A stretch of DNA of 64,000 nt from Chthoniobacteraceae bacterium (GTDB lineage Bacteria > Verrucomicrobiota > Verrucomicrobiia > Chthoniobacterales > Chthoniobacteraceae). Position numbers and translations under genes: made by a program. Shown here piece by piece: positions 46,190 through 55,957 of the stretch. The notes below the pieces were generated by a model. The model saw nothing but the letters and a program-made list of their open reading frames with translations, had not been told where the DNA came from and searched no databases. Each line of letters opens with the position of its first letter. The stretch's first letter is position 1. The stretch is taken from the NCBI GenBank assembly GCA_031409335.1, contig JANNWY010000293.1, positions 20,943 to 84,942 of the forward strand, read 5' to 3'.

Positions 46190-49100
46190 ATGAATGTTCT
46201 CCGCTTCGTCCGCGCTGTTCCCTCCATTCGCTGCCCTGCGAAGCTGGCATGCCTTGCACTGGCGCTCGCTTTCACCATGCCCGCACGGGCCCAACAGCCC
46301 GATGCGCTCATCCATACCGTCCCCGCGCCGCTGGTAGGCGCTCAGAACGGTGCGCAGTCCGGCTTTAGCGTCGCTGTAAAAGGCGGGCTCGCGGCGGTGG
46401 GTGCGCCGTTCGACGACCTCGGCGCGATCGACGCAGGCGTCGTGAAAATTTTCGACGCCACGACGGGCGCGCGGCTTTTTCTCCTGCCTAATCCCGAGCC
46501 GGACCAGGAAGACTACTTCGGCTGGTCAGTGGCGATCTCAGGGACGCGCGTGGTCGTCGGGGCGCATCTGGATGACGCGGGAGCGAGCAACGCCGGAAGC
46601 GTGTATGTGTATGAACTCACCAGCGGAACACCGACGGTCCCGGTGCTGACGCTGCACAATCCCGAGCCGGCGGCGGACGATAACTTCGGGCGCATGGTGG
46701 CGATCTCCGGCACGCGCATCGTCATCGGTGCGTATCGCGATGACACCGGAGCCACCGACGCCGGGAGCGCCTACGTGTATGATTTCGGCAGCGGAACACC
46801 GACGGTCCCGGTGCTGAAGCTGCACAATCCCGAGCCAGCGGCGGGCGATTTCTTCGGCTGGTCGATCGCGATCGACGGCACGCATGTGGTGGTGGGTGCA
46901 AATCGCGACGACACCGGGGGCAGCGACGCTGGGACCGCCTACGTGTATGATCTCGGCGGCTTCACGCCAACGGTGCCCGTGGTGACGCTCGGCAATCCGA
47001 ATCCGGCGCTGTTTGGCCCGTTCGGCTGGTCGGTGGCGATCGAGGGAAGTCGCGTCGTGGTCGGGAGCAGGAGCACCCTCGGTGGCCGCGATTCCGGCGC
47101 TCATGTGTTCGACCTCGCAGGCGCAACGCCGACGGTACCCGCCGTCACTTTGACCCGGCCACCCTCGGCGGGCGCGGACGAATTTGGCTGGTCCGTGGCG
47201 ATTTCCGGCAACCGCGTGCTCGTCGGCGCGCTGGGCTACACCCGCCCGGAAGATCCCACGTTGAGCCAGCTCGGGAGAGCCTATTTGTATGACCTTGGCA
47301 GCGCCACGCCCGCACTGCCGACGGCGACGCTGAACAACCCGACCCCGGCACCGAACGACGTCTTCGGTGCCTCCGTGGCCATCGACGGGACGCGCGCGCT
47401 CATCGGTGCGTACGGCGCCGACAGCACGTATATCTATGAACTCGGCAGCGCCACCCCGACGGTGCCCGCCTTCACGCTGAGCAACCCCGGCCCGGCGACG
47501 CAGGATCATTTTGGCTACTCCGTCGCGGTCTCCGGTCCGTGGCTGGTCGTGGGAGCGCCGGAAGGAATCGCGAGCGGCATCCGCAGCGGAAACGTCTTTG
47601 TTTTCGACCTCAGCAGCGCGACTCCGACGGTTCCCGCCTTCGCGCTCGAGACACCTTTTTTTCCCGCCGACGGCAACCAATTCGGCTTCGCCGTGGCGAT
47701 TGATGGGACACGCGCAGTCGTCGGCGCGCCGGGCAGTGGCTCGATCGGAGGCAATGTCGGCAGAGCGTATGTGTATGATCTCAGCGGCGCGACGCCGACC
47801 ACTCCGGTCGCCTCGCTCACCGAACCCCTTCCCGTCGCCACTGGCGATCGGTTTGGCCATTCCGTGGCCGTCTCCGGCACGCGCGTCGTCATCGGCGCCT
47901 ACGGCAGCAACGTGGGAGCGACCGATGCGGGCAGCACCTACGTTTTTGAATTTGCCGGAGGCATCACCAGCGTGCCCGCTTTCATCCTGCGCAATCCGAG
48001 CCCGGCCGCCTCGGATTTCTTCGGCTACGCGGTGGCGATTGATGGCCCGCGCGTCGTCGTCGGAGCGTACGGCGACGACACGAACGCAAACGATTCCGGC
48101 AGCGCGTACGTCTATGATCTCGGCAGCGCCACCCCGACTATCCCCACCCTCATCCTGAGCAATCCGCACCCCGTCGCGGACGACGAGTATGCCTCCGCCG
48201 TGGCCATCTCCGGCACCCGCGTCGTCATCAGCTCCGTGGGCGATGACACGGGCGCGAGCGCCGCGGGAAGCGCCTACGTTTTCGACCTCGCCAGCGCCAC
48301 ACCGACCGCGCCCATTTTCACGCTGCGCAATCCCGCCCCGTCCGCGATCGACCTCTTCGGAAACGCGGTCGCTATTTCCGGCTCGCGCGTCGTCATCGGA
48401 GCGTATTGGGACGACACCGGCGCGGAAAACGCCGGCAGCGCCTATCTCTACGACCTCGCCAGCGCCACGCCCACCGCGCCCGTCGCCGCGCTTCACAATC
48501 CCGGCCCGGCCCCGGAAGAAAGCTTCGGCTGGTCCGTCGCGATCGACGGCGACACGGTCGCGATCGGCACGCCTTACGACGACAGCATAATCACGGACAA
48601 AGGCGCAGCCTACGTCTTCGGCCCATCGTCCGCGCAACTCCCCGAGATCACGGTGGAAAAACAACCCGCCAACAGCAACGTGAGCGACGGCGACAGCCAC
48701 GATTTCGGCCCCAGCGTCCCCGGCCTGGCGAAGAGCGTCACCTTCACCGTGAAAAATACCGGCCCCGGCAATCTGCTCCTCACCGCCACGCCGCGCGTCG
48801 CCGTGAACGGCCCGGACGCGAGCATGTTCACCATCACCACGCAGCCCGCCGCCCTCATCAGCGGGCCGACCGGTTCCACCACTTTCACCGTGCAATTTCT
48901 CCCCGCCGCGAGCGGCGCAAAAACCGCCGCGCTCAGCATCGCCAACAACGACAGCGACGAAAATCCCTTCGACATCCCGCTCACCGGCACCGCGCTTACC
49001 TTCGCCATCGACTCCGACGGCGACGGCCTGAGCGACGCTTCCGAACTGCAAATGGGCGCGCTCGGCTTCGACTGGCAAACCAGCCAGCCAGCCCTCGTCG

Positions 49101-49366
49101 AAACCTACTTCGCCAGCGCCAACGGAGCCGGCCTCTTTACCACCGCGCAAATCCAGGCGCTCAACATCGGCACCCCGCTCCTCCAGCGCAATCCAGCCAC
49201 CGGTGCCTTCACACTCACCATCGGCGTCGAAAAAAGCACGGACCTGAACACGTTCCTCCCCTTCCCCATGACCGCCCCGCAGACCATCATCAACGGAGCC
49301 GGAAAGCTGGAGTTTCAATTCACCGCGCCCGACGCCGCCGCGTTCTTTCGGCTCCGAGTGCAGTGA
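46190..49366 (+). CDS. Secreted FG-GAP (integrin alpha-like) repeat protein with Ig-like (ASH/choice-of-anchor D) and C-terminal sorting-like domain
   Basis: 14 FG.SVAI.G..VVVGA repeats; TFTVKNTG..NL..NNDSDENPF Ig domain. Confidence 0.9.
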   Translation: MNVLRFVRAVPSIRCPAKLACLALALAFTMPARAQQPDALIHTVPAPLVGAQNGAQSGFSVAVKGGLAAVGAPFDDLGAIDAGVVKIFDATTGARLFLLPNPEPDQEDYFGWSVAISGTRVVVGAHLDDAGASNAGSVYVYELTSGTPTVPVLTLHNPEPAADDNFGRMVAISGTRIVIGAYRDDTGATDAGSAYVYDFGSGTPTVPVLKLHNPEPAAGDFFGWSIAIDGTHVVVGANRDDTGGSDAGTAYVYDLGGFTPTVPVVTLGNPNPALFGPFGWSVAIEGSRVVVGSRSTLGGRDSGAHVFDLAGATPTVPAVTLTRPPSAGADEFGWSVAISGNRVLVGALGYTRPEDPTLSQLGRAYLYDLGSATPALPTATLNNPTPAPNDVFGASVAIDGTRALIGAYGADSTYIYELGSATPTVPAFTLSNPGPATQDHFGYSVAVSGPWLVVGAPEGIASGIRSGNVFVFDLSSATPTVPAFALETPFFPADGNQFGFAVAIDGTRAVVGAPGSGSIGGNVGRAYVYDLSGATPTTPVASLTEPLPVATGDRFGHSVAVSGTRVVIGAYGSNVGATDAGSTYVFEFAGGITSVPAFILRNPSPAASDFFGYAVAIDGPRVVVGAYGDDTNANDSGSAYVYDLGSATPTIPTLILSNPHPVADDEYASAVAISGTRVVISSVGDDTGASAAGSAYVFDLASATPTAPIFTLRNPAPSAIDLFGNAVAISGSRVVIGAYWDDTGAENAGSAYLYDLASATPTAPVAALHNPGPAPEESFGWSVAIDGDTVAIGTPYDDSIITDKGAAYVFGPSSAQLPEITVEKQPANSNVSDGDSHDFGPSVPGLAKSVTFTVKNTGPGNLLLTATPRVAVNGPDASMFTITTQPAALISGPTGSTTFTVQFLPAASGAKTAALSIANNDSDENPFDIPLTGTALTFAIDSDGDGLSDASELQMGALGFDWQTSQPALVETYFASANGAGLFTTAQIQALNIGTPLLQRNPATGAFTLTIGVEKSTDLNTFLPFPMTAPQTIINGAGKLEFQFTAPDAAAFFRLRVQ

Positions 49367-49375
49367 ATTTGCCGC

Positions 49376-49471
49376 TCAAATAATCCCCGCGATCGGCTCC
49401 GCGCCCGTCACGCCGACGAGGCGCTGATCGAGTCCGCCGTAGAAATACGAGAGCTTGTTCGGATCGAGCCC
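49376..49471 (-). pseudogene. Orphan 3' end of a DUF1501-like gene
   Basis: GLDPNKLSYFYGGLDQRLVGVTGAEPIAGII-stop resembles DUF1501 C-termini (recalled, not searched). Confidence 0.5.
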
Positions 49472-49801
49472 CTCGAGATTGGGCGAAGGCCGCAGAGTCG
49501 ATCCCTAGACCAACCGTTGCGGGGATCGGCAATAGACCGGCGGGGTCGGCGTGGGCGACATGCCGGGAAATGAAGCGTGTAAAGAATGGAAAAAATGGGG
49601 GCAGCTCTAAAATCGAGAATTTTAGCTGGAAAATGACCCTATGGAAGAAAGGCGCCCCTTCTTGAAATTCGCGCTTTGCGTTTCGGGACCCCGCTTTGGA
49701 ACTCATTGCCAACTTGGAAACGAGGGGCGAATCGTCAGGTGCTCGCCTGATTTCGCAATTTGCTGCCCATCGCGCGCGGTTGCGGGCACGGTTCCGATCG
49801 C

Positions 49802-50674
49802 ATGGCAAATCTCGGCAAACGCAATTCACTCCGCATCCTTCGCGAAGCTGCGCCCGGGCTTTATCTCGATGGCGGGCCGCATGGCGAAATCCTCCTGCCG
49901 GGACGCTACATCCCGCGCGGGGCAAAACCGGGCGGCAGGCTCGATGTGTTTGTTTACCGCGACTCGGAGGATCGGCTCGTCGCGACGACCGAGGTGCCGT
50001 CGGCGATCGTCGGCGAGTTTGCCCTGCTCCGCGTGGTGAATGCGCACCCGAAGATCGGTGCGTTTCTCGATTGGGGTCTGGCGAAAGATCTTCTCCTCCC
50101 CATCGCCGAGCAGGCACGCCCGCTGCGTGCGGGCGAGTGGGTTCTCGTCCGCGTTTTACTCGATGGAAAAACGGATCGCATCCTCGCGAGCACGCGTCTG
50201 AGTCGCTGGCTGAATCTCACGCCGCCGAGTTTCACCGATGGCGAGGCGGTCCGCCTGATCGTCGAGAGCGAGACGCCGCTCGGCTACAATGCGATCGTGA
50301 ACGAGGCGCACACCGGATTGCTGTATCACTCCGATCTGGCGAGGCCGTTGACGATCGGGCAGCGGCTCGACGGCTTCGTCCGGCGCGTGCGGCCCGATGG
50401 GAAAATCGACCTCGCTCTCGATCGCGCGGGCTATCGGCGGATCGCACCCTTGACGGAGCAGATCATCAATGCATTGAAAGCGGACGGCGGGTTTTTGCCT
50501 TACCACGACAAGAGTTCGCCGGAGGAAATTCGCGCTGCGTTTGGCGTGAGCAAAAAGGCGTTCAAACAGGCAGTCGGCGCGCTTTACCGCGAACGCATCA
50601 TCGTGGTGGAACCCGCGGGAATCCGGCTGGTGAATGGGGGCGGGAAAAAGTCTGCAAGGGAATCTCGGGGCTGA
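49802..50674 (+). CDS. CvfB-like S1 RNA-binding protein
   Basis: VFVYRDSEDR, GAFLDWGL.KDLL, S1 repeats, C-terminal FGVSKKAFKQAVGAL winged helix. Confidence 0.9.
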   Translation: MANLGKRNSLRILREAAPGLYLDGGPHGEILLPGRYIPRGAKPGGRLDVFVYRDSEDRLVATTEVPSAIVGEFALLRVVNAHPKIGAFLDWGLAKDLLLPIAEQARPLRAGEWVLVRVLLDGKTDRILASTRLSRWLNLTPPSFTDGEAVRLIVESETPLGYNAIVNEAHTGLLYHSDLARPLTIGQRLDGFVRRVRPDGKIDLALDRAGYRRIAPLTEQIINALKADGGFLPYHDKSSPEEIRAAFGVSKKAFKQAVGALYRERIIVVEPAGIRLVNGGGKKSARESRG

Positions 50675-50711
50675 TGGTCAGCACGAGAAAGGCGTGCTCT
50701 TCCAAAACGGC

Positions 50712-52247
50712 TCAGTGTTTGAAGTGCCTTACGCCCGTGCAAATCATTGCCATCCGGTGTGCGTTCGCCGCGGCGATGACTTCGGGGTCTTTCACTGAGC
50801 CGCCTGGCTGAATCGCGCAGGTCGCGCCAGCTTCGGCGGCGGTGATGAGGCCGTCGGGAAAGGGGAAAAAGGCATCGCTGCCGACCGCGCTTCCCGCGAG
50901 CGAAAGGCCGGCGTCTTTCGCTTTCCAGATCGCGATGCGCGAGGAGTCCACGCGCGACATTTGCCCCGCGCCGATGCCGAGCGTGCGGTCTTTCGCGGCA
51001 TACACGATCGCGTTGGATTTCACGTGCTTCACGACGCGCCATGCGAAGCGCATCGCGGCGATTTCTTCGTCGGTCGGGGTGCGGGTCGTCACCACTTTGT
51101 CTTCGAGATTGGTCTCCGGCGAATTGTCGCGGCTTTGCACGAGCACGCCGCCGGCGACAGAGCGGATGAGGAGGTCGTCTTCCTCCGAAGTCGGCAGGGG
51201 TCGCTCCAGTTTTTTCATCAGGCGCAGATTCTTTTTCTTCTGCAAAATCGCGCGCGCGTCCGCATCGAAATCCGGCGCGATGATGACCTCGGAAAAAATC
51301 TCCGAGATCGCGCGGGCGAGCGATTCCGTGAGCGGGCGATTGCAGATGATGATGCCGCCGAAGGGCGCCTGTTTGTCGGTCGCGAACGCCTTGTCCCACG
51401 CCCCGCGCAAGTCCGCGTCGCTGCCGACGCCGCACGGATTGGTGTGCTTGAGAATGGCGACGGTTGGCTCGGTGAATTCCTCGATCAGCTCGGACGCCGC
51501 GGTGATGTCGAGGATGTTGTTAAACGAGAGTTCCTTCCCGTGCAGCTTCTGAAAATGCTCGTCGAATTTCCCGTAAAGCGCGGCCTGCTGATGCGGATTT
51601 TCACCGTAGCGCAGCCGCGCGATGACGGGCATCGAGATGGAAAATGAGGAGGTCGCCTCCTGCTCTTTGTTCAGATAGTTCGCGATTGCGGCGTCGTATT
51701 TCGAGGTGGTGACGAACACTTTGATTCCCAGCCGCTCGCGCAGTTTCAACGTCGTGCCGCCATCGTTTGCGTGCATGTTTTCCAGCACGTCCGCGTAGTC
51801 CGCCGGATCGACGACGACCGTCACGGAGCGATAATTTTTCGCCGCACTCCGCAGCATCGAAGGCCCGCCGATGTCGATCTGCTCGATCGCTTCCTCGAGC
51901 GTCGTCCCGGCTTTCGCGATCGTTTTTTCAAACGGGTAAAGATTCACCACCACGAGGTCGATCGGCTGGATGCCGTGGGCTTCGGCTTGCGCGACGTGAT
52001 CGGGATTGTCGCGCACGAAGAGCAGCCCGCCGTGGACTTTCGGGTGCAGCGTTTTCACCCGGCCATCGAGCATTTCGGGGAAGCCCGTGAACTCGGAAAT
52101 CTCGATGTGTTTCACCTTCTGTTTCGCCAGCAACGCGGCAGTGCCGCCAGTGGAGACGATTTCGACGCCGAGCTTCACGAGCTCGCGGGCGAATGCGACG
52201 ATTCCTTCCTTGTCCGAGACCGAGATCAAAGCGCGCTGAATTTTCAT
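50712..52247 (-). CDS. purH: Bifunctional AICAR transformylase / IMP cyclohydrolase
   Basis: [42 protein letters not shown]. Confidence 0.98.
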   Translation of the reverse strand: MKIQRALISVSDKEGIVAFARELVKLGVEIVSTGGTAALLAKQKVKHIEISEFTGFPEMLDGRVKTLHPKVHGGLLFVRDNPDHVAQAEAHGIQPIDLVVVNLYPFEKTIAKAGTTLEEAIEQIDIGGPSMLRSAAKNYRSVTVVVDPADYADVLENMHANDGGTTLKLRERLGIKVFVTTSKYDAAIANYLNKEQEATSSFSISMPVIARLRYGENPHQQAALYGKFDEHFQKLHGKELSFNNILDITAASELIEEFTEPTVAILKHTNPCGVGSDADLRGAWDKAFATDKQAPFGGIIICNRPLTESLARAISEIFSEVIIAPDFDADARAILQKKKNLRLMKKLERPLPTSEEDDLLIRSVAGGVLVQSRDNSPETNLEDKVVTTRTPTDEEIAAMRFAWRVVKHVKSNAIVYAAKDRTLGIGAGQMSRVDSSRIAIWKAKDAGLSLAGSAVGSDAFFPFPDGLITAAEAGATCAIQPGGSVKDPEVIAAANAHRMAMICTGVRHFKH

Positions 52248-52375
52248 GTAGTCGGGAAACGCTAGGGCAGGCGCGGCTCGCGGGTCAATCACACCGATTT
52301 TCGCAATGGCGAATCCCGCAGTTCTTGCCAAAAAGACATCCGCTTCCCATCATCCGCACGAACCTACAAACAACT

Positions 52376-53008
52376 ATGGCACACGAACTCGCACCACTCC
52401 CTTATCCAAACAACGCTCTCGAACCAAACATCGACGCGCGGACAATGGAGATTCATCACGACAAACATCACCAGGCTTACGTCACCAATCTCAACAAGGC
52501 GCTCGAAAGCGCGCCCGACCTCGCGTCGAAGAGCGCTGATGATTTGGTCAAAGACCTCGCGGCTGTTCCCGAGGCCATCCGCGGGCCGGTCCGCAACAAC
52601 GGTGGAGGTCACGTCAATCACAGCTTTTTCTGGAAGCTCCTCACGGCTGCCAAGGCGGACAACAAACCGACCGGCAAACTCGCGGAAGCCATCGTCGCGA
52701 GCTTCGGCGATTTCGATCAGTTTAAGACGAAAGTGGAAGCCGCGGGCGTGGGACGTTTTGGCAGCGGCTGGGTGTGGCTCGTCGTGAATGGCGGGAAGCT
52801 CGAAATCGGCTCCACGGCCAATCAGGACAACCCGATCATGGGCAAAGCCGTCGCCGGGATCGAAGGCAAGCCCGTCCTCGGCATCGACGTGTGGGAGCAC
52901 GCCTACTACCTCAACTATCAAAACCGCCGCCCGGATTACCTGAAGGCGATCTGGGGCGTGATCAATTGGGCGCAGGCGGAGGAGAATTACCTCGCGGCCT
53001 CGAAATAG
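52376..53008 (+). CDS. sodA: Superoxide dismutase, Mn-type signature
   Basis: [26 protein letters not shown]. Confidence 0.93.
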   Translation: MAHELAPLPYPNNALEPNIDARTMEIHHDKHHQAYVTNLNKALESAPDLASKSADDLVKDLAAVPEAIRGPVRNNGGGHVNHSFFWKLLTAAKADNKPTGKLAEAIVASFGDFDQFKTKVEAAGVGRFGSGWVWLVVNGGKLEIGSTANQDNPIMGKAVAGIEGKPVLGIDVWEHAYYLNYQNRRPDYLKAIWGVINWAQAEENYLAASK

Positions 53009-53037
53009 GGCAGCTTTTCAAGCACCCAAAATAAACA

Positions 53038-53068
53038 CCGCGCCGCGAATGAGCAGCGCGGAGTTTTT
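53038..53068 (+). terminator. Probable intrinsic terminator after sodA
   Basis: ccgcgccgc-gaatga-gcagcgcgg then agttttt. Confidence 0.45.
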
Positions 53069-53118
53069 GCCTCCCGATGGAATGACCGAAATTTGGTCGA
53101 GAGCGCGGCAACACCCGC

Positions 53119-53146
53119 TTGCAATCCACATTTAGCCTCGTAACTT
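53119..53146 (+). promoter_or_regulatory. Candidate ssrA promoter
   Basis: TTGCAA-N16-TAACTT, 17 nt upstream of the tmRNA 5' end. Confidence 0.4.
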
Positions 53147-53163
53147 GCGACCTCCCAAAAAAC

Positions 53164-53525
53164 GGGGGCGTACTGGTTTCGACTGATAGTTCGAAGCGCA
53201 GGCGGCATGTCGTGGAAGTCTGGTTGGCCACGTAAAATCTCCGGACAAAACAATAAACGCGAACGACTACGAAGACCTCGCTCTCGCGGCTTAATTGACC
53301 GCGACGTTCTCACATCGACGCCTACTAGGTGTGAGAGCGACGACAGTAGGCTAGTCCGGCGGCGGTGTGACCGCGCCACTGGATGACTTCGATTTCGTGG
53401 ACACTGGAGCCCCGGATGCGTGCCGATTCGCGACCCGGAGCTTGAGATTAAAAGACCGGCTAAACATGTAGAAGCTTGCGTTGAAAGCATTCAGGACAGG
53501 GGTTCAACTCCCCTCGCCTCCACCA
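53164..53525 (+). ncRNA. ssrA: Transfer-messenger RNA
   Basis: 5' GGGGGCGTACTGGTTTCGAC; tag frame 53259-53294 ANDYEDLALAA-stop; 3' GGTTCAACTCCCCTCGCCTCCACCA. Confidence 0.97.
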
Positions 53526-53567
53526 CTTTAATATCTCGTATTGAGTAGTTTGTGAGTCAATCGGATA

Positions 53568-53597
53568 TTTTCCTACCAGTTTTCCTACCATTTTCCT
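53568..53597 (+). repeat. Tandem TTTTCCTACCA repeats (candidate integrase arm sites)
   Basis: Copies at 53568-53578 and 53580-53590, partial copy 53591-53597. Confidence 0.6.
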
Positions 53598-53631
53598 TGT
53601 TCCTCGGCGCTGGCCGTCGTATGAGGAATTT

Positions 53632-54861
53632 GTGAAATCGAAGAAATATCCTGCGGTGCTGGAAGAGCACGGCGAGCGAGTTGTCATTCGCAAAGTCTTG
53701 GACCACGGCAGCGAGGCATTTCGCATCGAATACTACGTGGCCGGCCAGCGCCGGATGAAAACGCGAGCGGACGAGAGTGAGGCCCACACCGATGCGGGGC
53801 GAATCCTCGCGATGCTGAACGAGCGGGCTCCCGTTTTTTCACAAACCGAAGATGCGACCATCTACCTTGCCGCAAAAACGGTGCTCGGCGGACTCGCTCC
53901 GGTCGATGTTGCTTGCCGCGAGTGGGCCGTCGCGATGCAGCGGCTCAACGGCGCGTCGCTGCTCGATGCCGTGGAGGTTTACCGGAAAATTACACCCGAG
54001 AAGACTGGCCGAAAAATCCCGGAACTCGTGACCGAATACGCCATCAGTCTCGCGGACGAGACGAGTCTCGCCTACCGCTCCCGCGCGCACAATCGGTTGA
54101 AGCGGTTCGCGGCAAGCTTCCCCGGCCTTCTTCACGAAGTCACCGCGAGCGAAATGGAGGGCTGGATCAAAGGGCTCAATCTCGGCAAACGCGCACGCAA
54201 CAATGAGCGTGAAACCTTGGTGGCCTTTTCCCGCTGGGCACAAAACCAAAAGTATCTCCCCATTGGAGCGCCGGTCGAAGCGAGCCAGATCAAGAAACTC
54301 GATGCGCCAACCACGATTGCCATTTTCCCGGTCGCCACGGTCGCGAAGCTCATGTCTGCGCTGCTTGCCGAAAAGCCGGAACTGGTGCCATACGCGGCGC
54401 TTGGTTTTTTCGCAGGAGTGCGGCCTGCGGAGCTGACCCGGCTACGTTTTGAGGAGGCGCTTCGCTGGAACTTTGGGGACATCGAAATCCGTGCCGACCA
54501 GGCGAAGACAGGATTTCGACGACTCACAAAAATGCAGGCGAATCTCGCCGAGTGGCTTGAGCCGTATCGGGAGTCGGTGGGTCTGATTGCGCCTGCGATC
54601 GCCTACAAAAAACTTTCCGCCTTCGCGAAGTCGAAGGGAATCCAATGGAGTTCTGATGTGATGCGTCACTCTTTCATCAGCTATGCGGTGGCCGCTGCGC
54701 AGCAAATCGGACAGGTCGCGCTTTGGGCGGGAAATAGCGAGGCGATCATCAAGCGCCACTACCTTGAACGGGTCACGGAAGAGGAGGGCAAAGCGTTCTT
54801 TGCGATACATCCCGACCATCCAACCCAGCCAACAGAAAAACAAATGGCGGTTACAGCGTGA
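53632..54861 (+). CDS. Tyrosine recombinase / integrase
   Basis: GVRPAE (R), AKTG (K), MRHSFISY, AGNS, HY (Y). Confidence 0.92.
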   Translation: MKSKKYPAVLEEHGERVVIRKVLDHGSEAFRIEYYVAGQRRMKTRADESEAHTDAGRILAMLNERAPVFSQTEDATIYLAAKTVLGGLAPVDVACREWAVAMQRLNGASLLDAVEVYRKITPEKTGRKIPELVTEYAISLADETSLAYRSRAHNRLKRFAASFPGLLHEVTASEMEGWIKGLNLGKRARNNERETLVAFSRWAQNQKYLPIGAPVEASQIKKLDAPTTIAIFPVATVAKLMSALLAEKPELVPYAALGFFAGVRPAELTRLRFEEALRWNFGDIEIRADQAKTGFRRLTKMQANLAEWLEPYRESVGLIAPAIAYKKLSAFAKSKGIQWSSDVMRHSFISYAVAAAQQIGQVALWAGNSEAIIKRHYLERVTEEEGKAFFAIHPDHPTQPTEKQMAVTA

Positions 54862-55177
54862 GCGTTCGTTGCTCCCTGCGCTTTTTCGTCAATGTCACTT
54901 TGTATTGATCGAGCGCGGACTTAGTAAAAAGCACCCGCTTCCCATCCTTGCGAAAAGACACCTTCCGGTCGCCGACTCGCCGCTCCAGCGTGCGTCGCGG
55001 GATGCCGAGGTAGATGGCTGCGGAATTGTAATCGTATTCGTTAGGGGCGATTTGCTGTATTCGTTCCAGCGCCTCCCGTTCGGCTTCGTGCAGCCTCTGA
55101 AGCACGCTCAAGACCTCCTCGTGCAGAAGATCGGTAATCGCGCGGGTGTGCCGCGCAATAGCTTCTACATCGCTCAT
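54851..55177 (-). CDS. Excisionase-like HTH_17 DNA-binding protein
   Basis: AAIYLGIPRRTLERR...KDGKRVLFTKSALDQY; convergent with the integrase. Confidence 0.8.
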   Translation of the reverse strand: MSDVEAIARHTRAITDLLHEEVLSVLQRLHEAEREALERIQQIAPNEYDYNSAAIYLGIPRRTLERRVGDRKVSFRKDGKRVLFTKSALDQYKVTLTKKRREQRTLTL

Positions 55178-55308
55178 GCGAGTTTCTTAATTTCGTTGGC
55201 GCACTCGCTCCCGCCAAACTCTTGATCCTGAGCGGACATTGGCTCGAATCGCGCCGGTAGCGATGTCATGCGGTCGAGTATTGAGGCCATCGTTTCCAAT
55301 CGTCTTGG

Positions 55309-55602
55309 CTAAGCGGTGCGCTGGCGGGCGAGAAGACGCTGGACGGCTGTTCCTAAATGCTCTTCCCGGTCCACTTCGGGCAGCAGATAAGTAGGTTCCA
55401 CTTCAAACAAGTGGACGAAATAAAGTAGATCGGAGTCGCTCACACAGATGAGGCGCGCTTCGACTTTAGCCACGGTGCTGCGCGAGATATTCCAACCCAT
55501 TCGGCGCAGATATTTCGCGAGTGCGTCCTGGGTCCAGGAGAACTGGATGCGCAAACTTCTGATCTTTGGCCCCACTACATTCTTATAGGTCTGTTGGCTC
55601 AT
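55309..55602 (-). CDS. XRE-family HTH transcriptional regulator
   Basis: NVVGPKIRSLR...WTQDALA...ISRSTVAKVE. Confidence 0.85.
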   Translation of the reverse strand: MSQQTYKNVVGPKIRSLRIQFSWTQDALAKYLRRMGWNISRSTVAKVEARLICVSDSDLLYFVHLFEVEPTYLLPEVDREEHLGTAVQRLLARQRTA

Positions 55603-55841
55603 AATGGGTGGCACGCTACCGGAGTGCGCGAAGCCTAGTTGCGCTGTGTGCGGAGCAATGCGCGGGAGTGCGTGGAGTCCGCATTTCGCAAACGCAAAGA
55701 CATCCACCGAAATGACACGCCCAAGTCATTGGGACGCCTTTTCCGACAAAAGTTGCTCCGTGTGCGGCGCAGCTTCCCGGCCCCCATCCCCTACTGCGAG
55801 GAGGTGACCTTTATGCCCATCTAACACCTAACCATCTATCC

Positions 55842-55884
55842 AAAAAAAGCGGGGATTGGTGAGTTGGTCGCTCACCAATCCCCG
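55842..55884 (-). terminator. Strong hairpin with T7 tail on the minus strand
   Basis: 14-bp perfect stem cggggattggtgag/ctcaccaatccccg (55850-55884) flanked by A7 at 55842-55848. Confidence 0.7.
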
Positions 55885-55957
55885 AAGGCTTTTAGGAGCC
55901 AAGAGGTCGAAGTAATTCACGACGAACTTGGCTCCCAACTGCCGGGAGTCAAGAAAA

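Noticed and set aside
46300..48620. Regularly spaced DNA repeats as a CRISPR array or DGR
   Set aside because: Degenerate in-frame FG-GAP coding repeats; no identical repeats/spacers, cas or reverse transcriptase gene
46538..49318. 926-aa antisense ORF (similarly 19589..21922, 17702..19525, 36545..38809, 11411..13294, 32874..34667, 41117..42964)
   Set aside because: Shadow ORFs opposite well-supported genes in high-GC DNA; Arg/Gly/Ala-rich with no motifs
53490..53525. tRNA gene or second att copy
   Set aside because: The tRNA-like T-arm/CCA belongs to tmRNA; no duplicate of this 3' end was seen in the window
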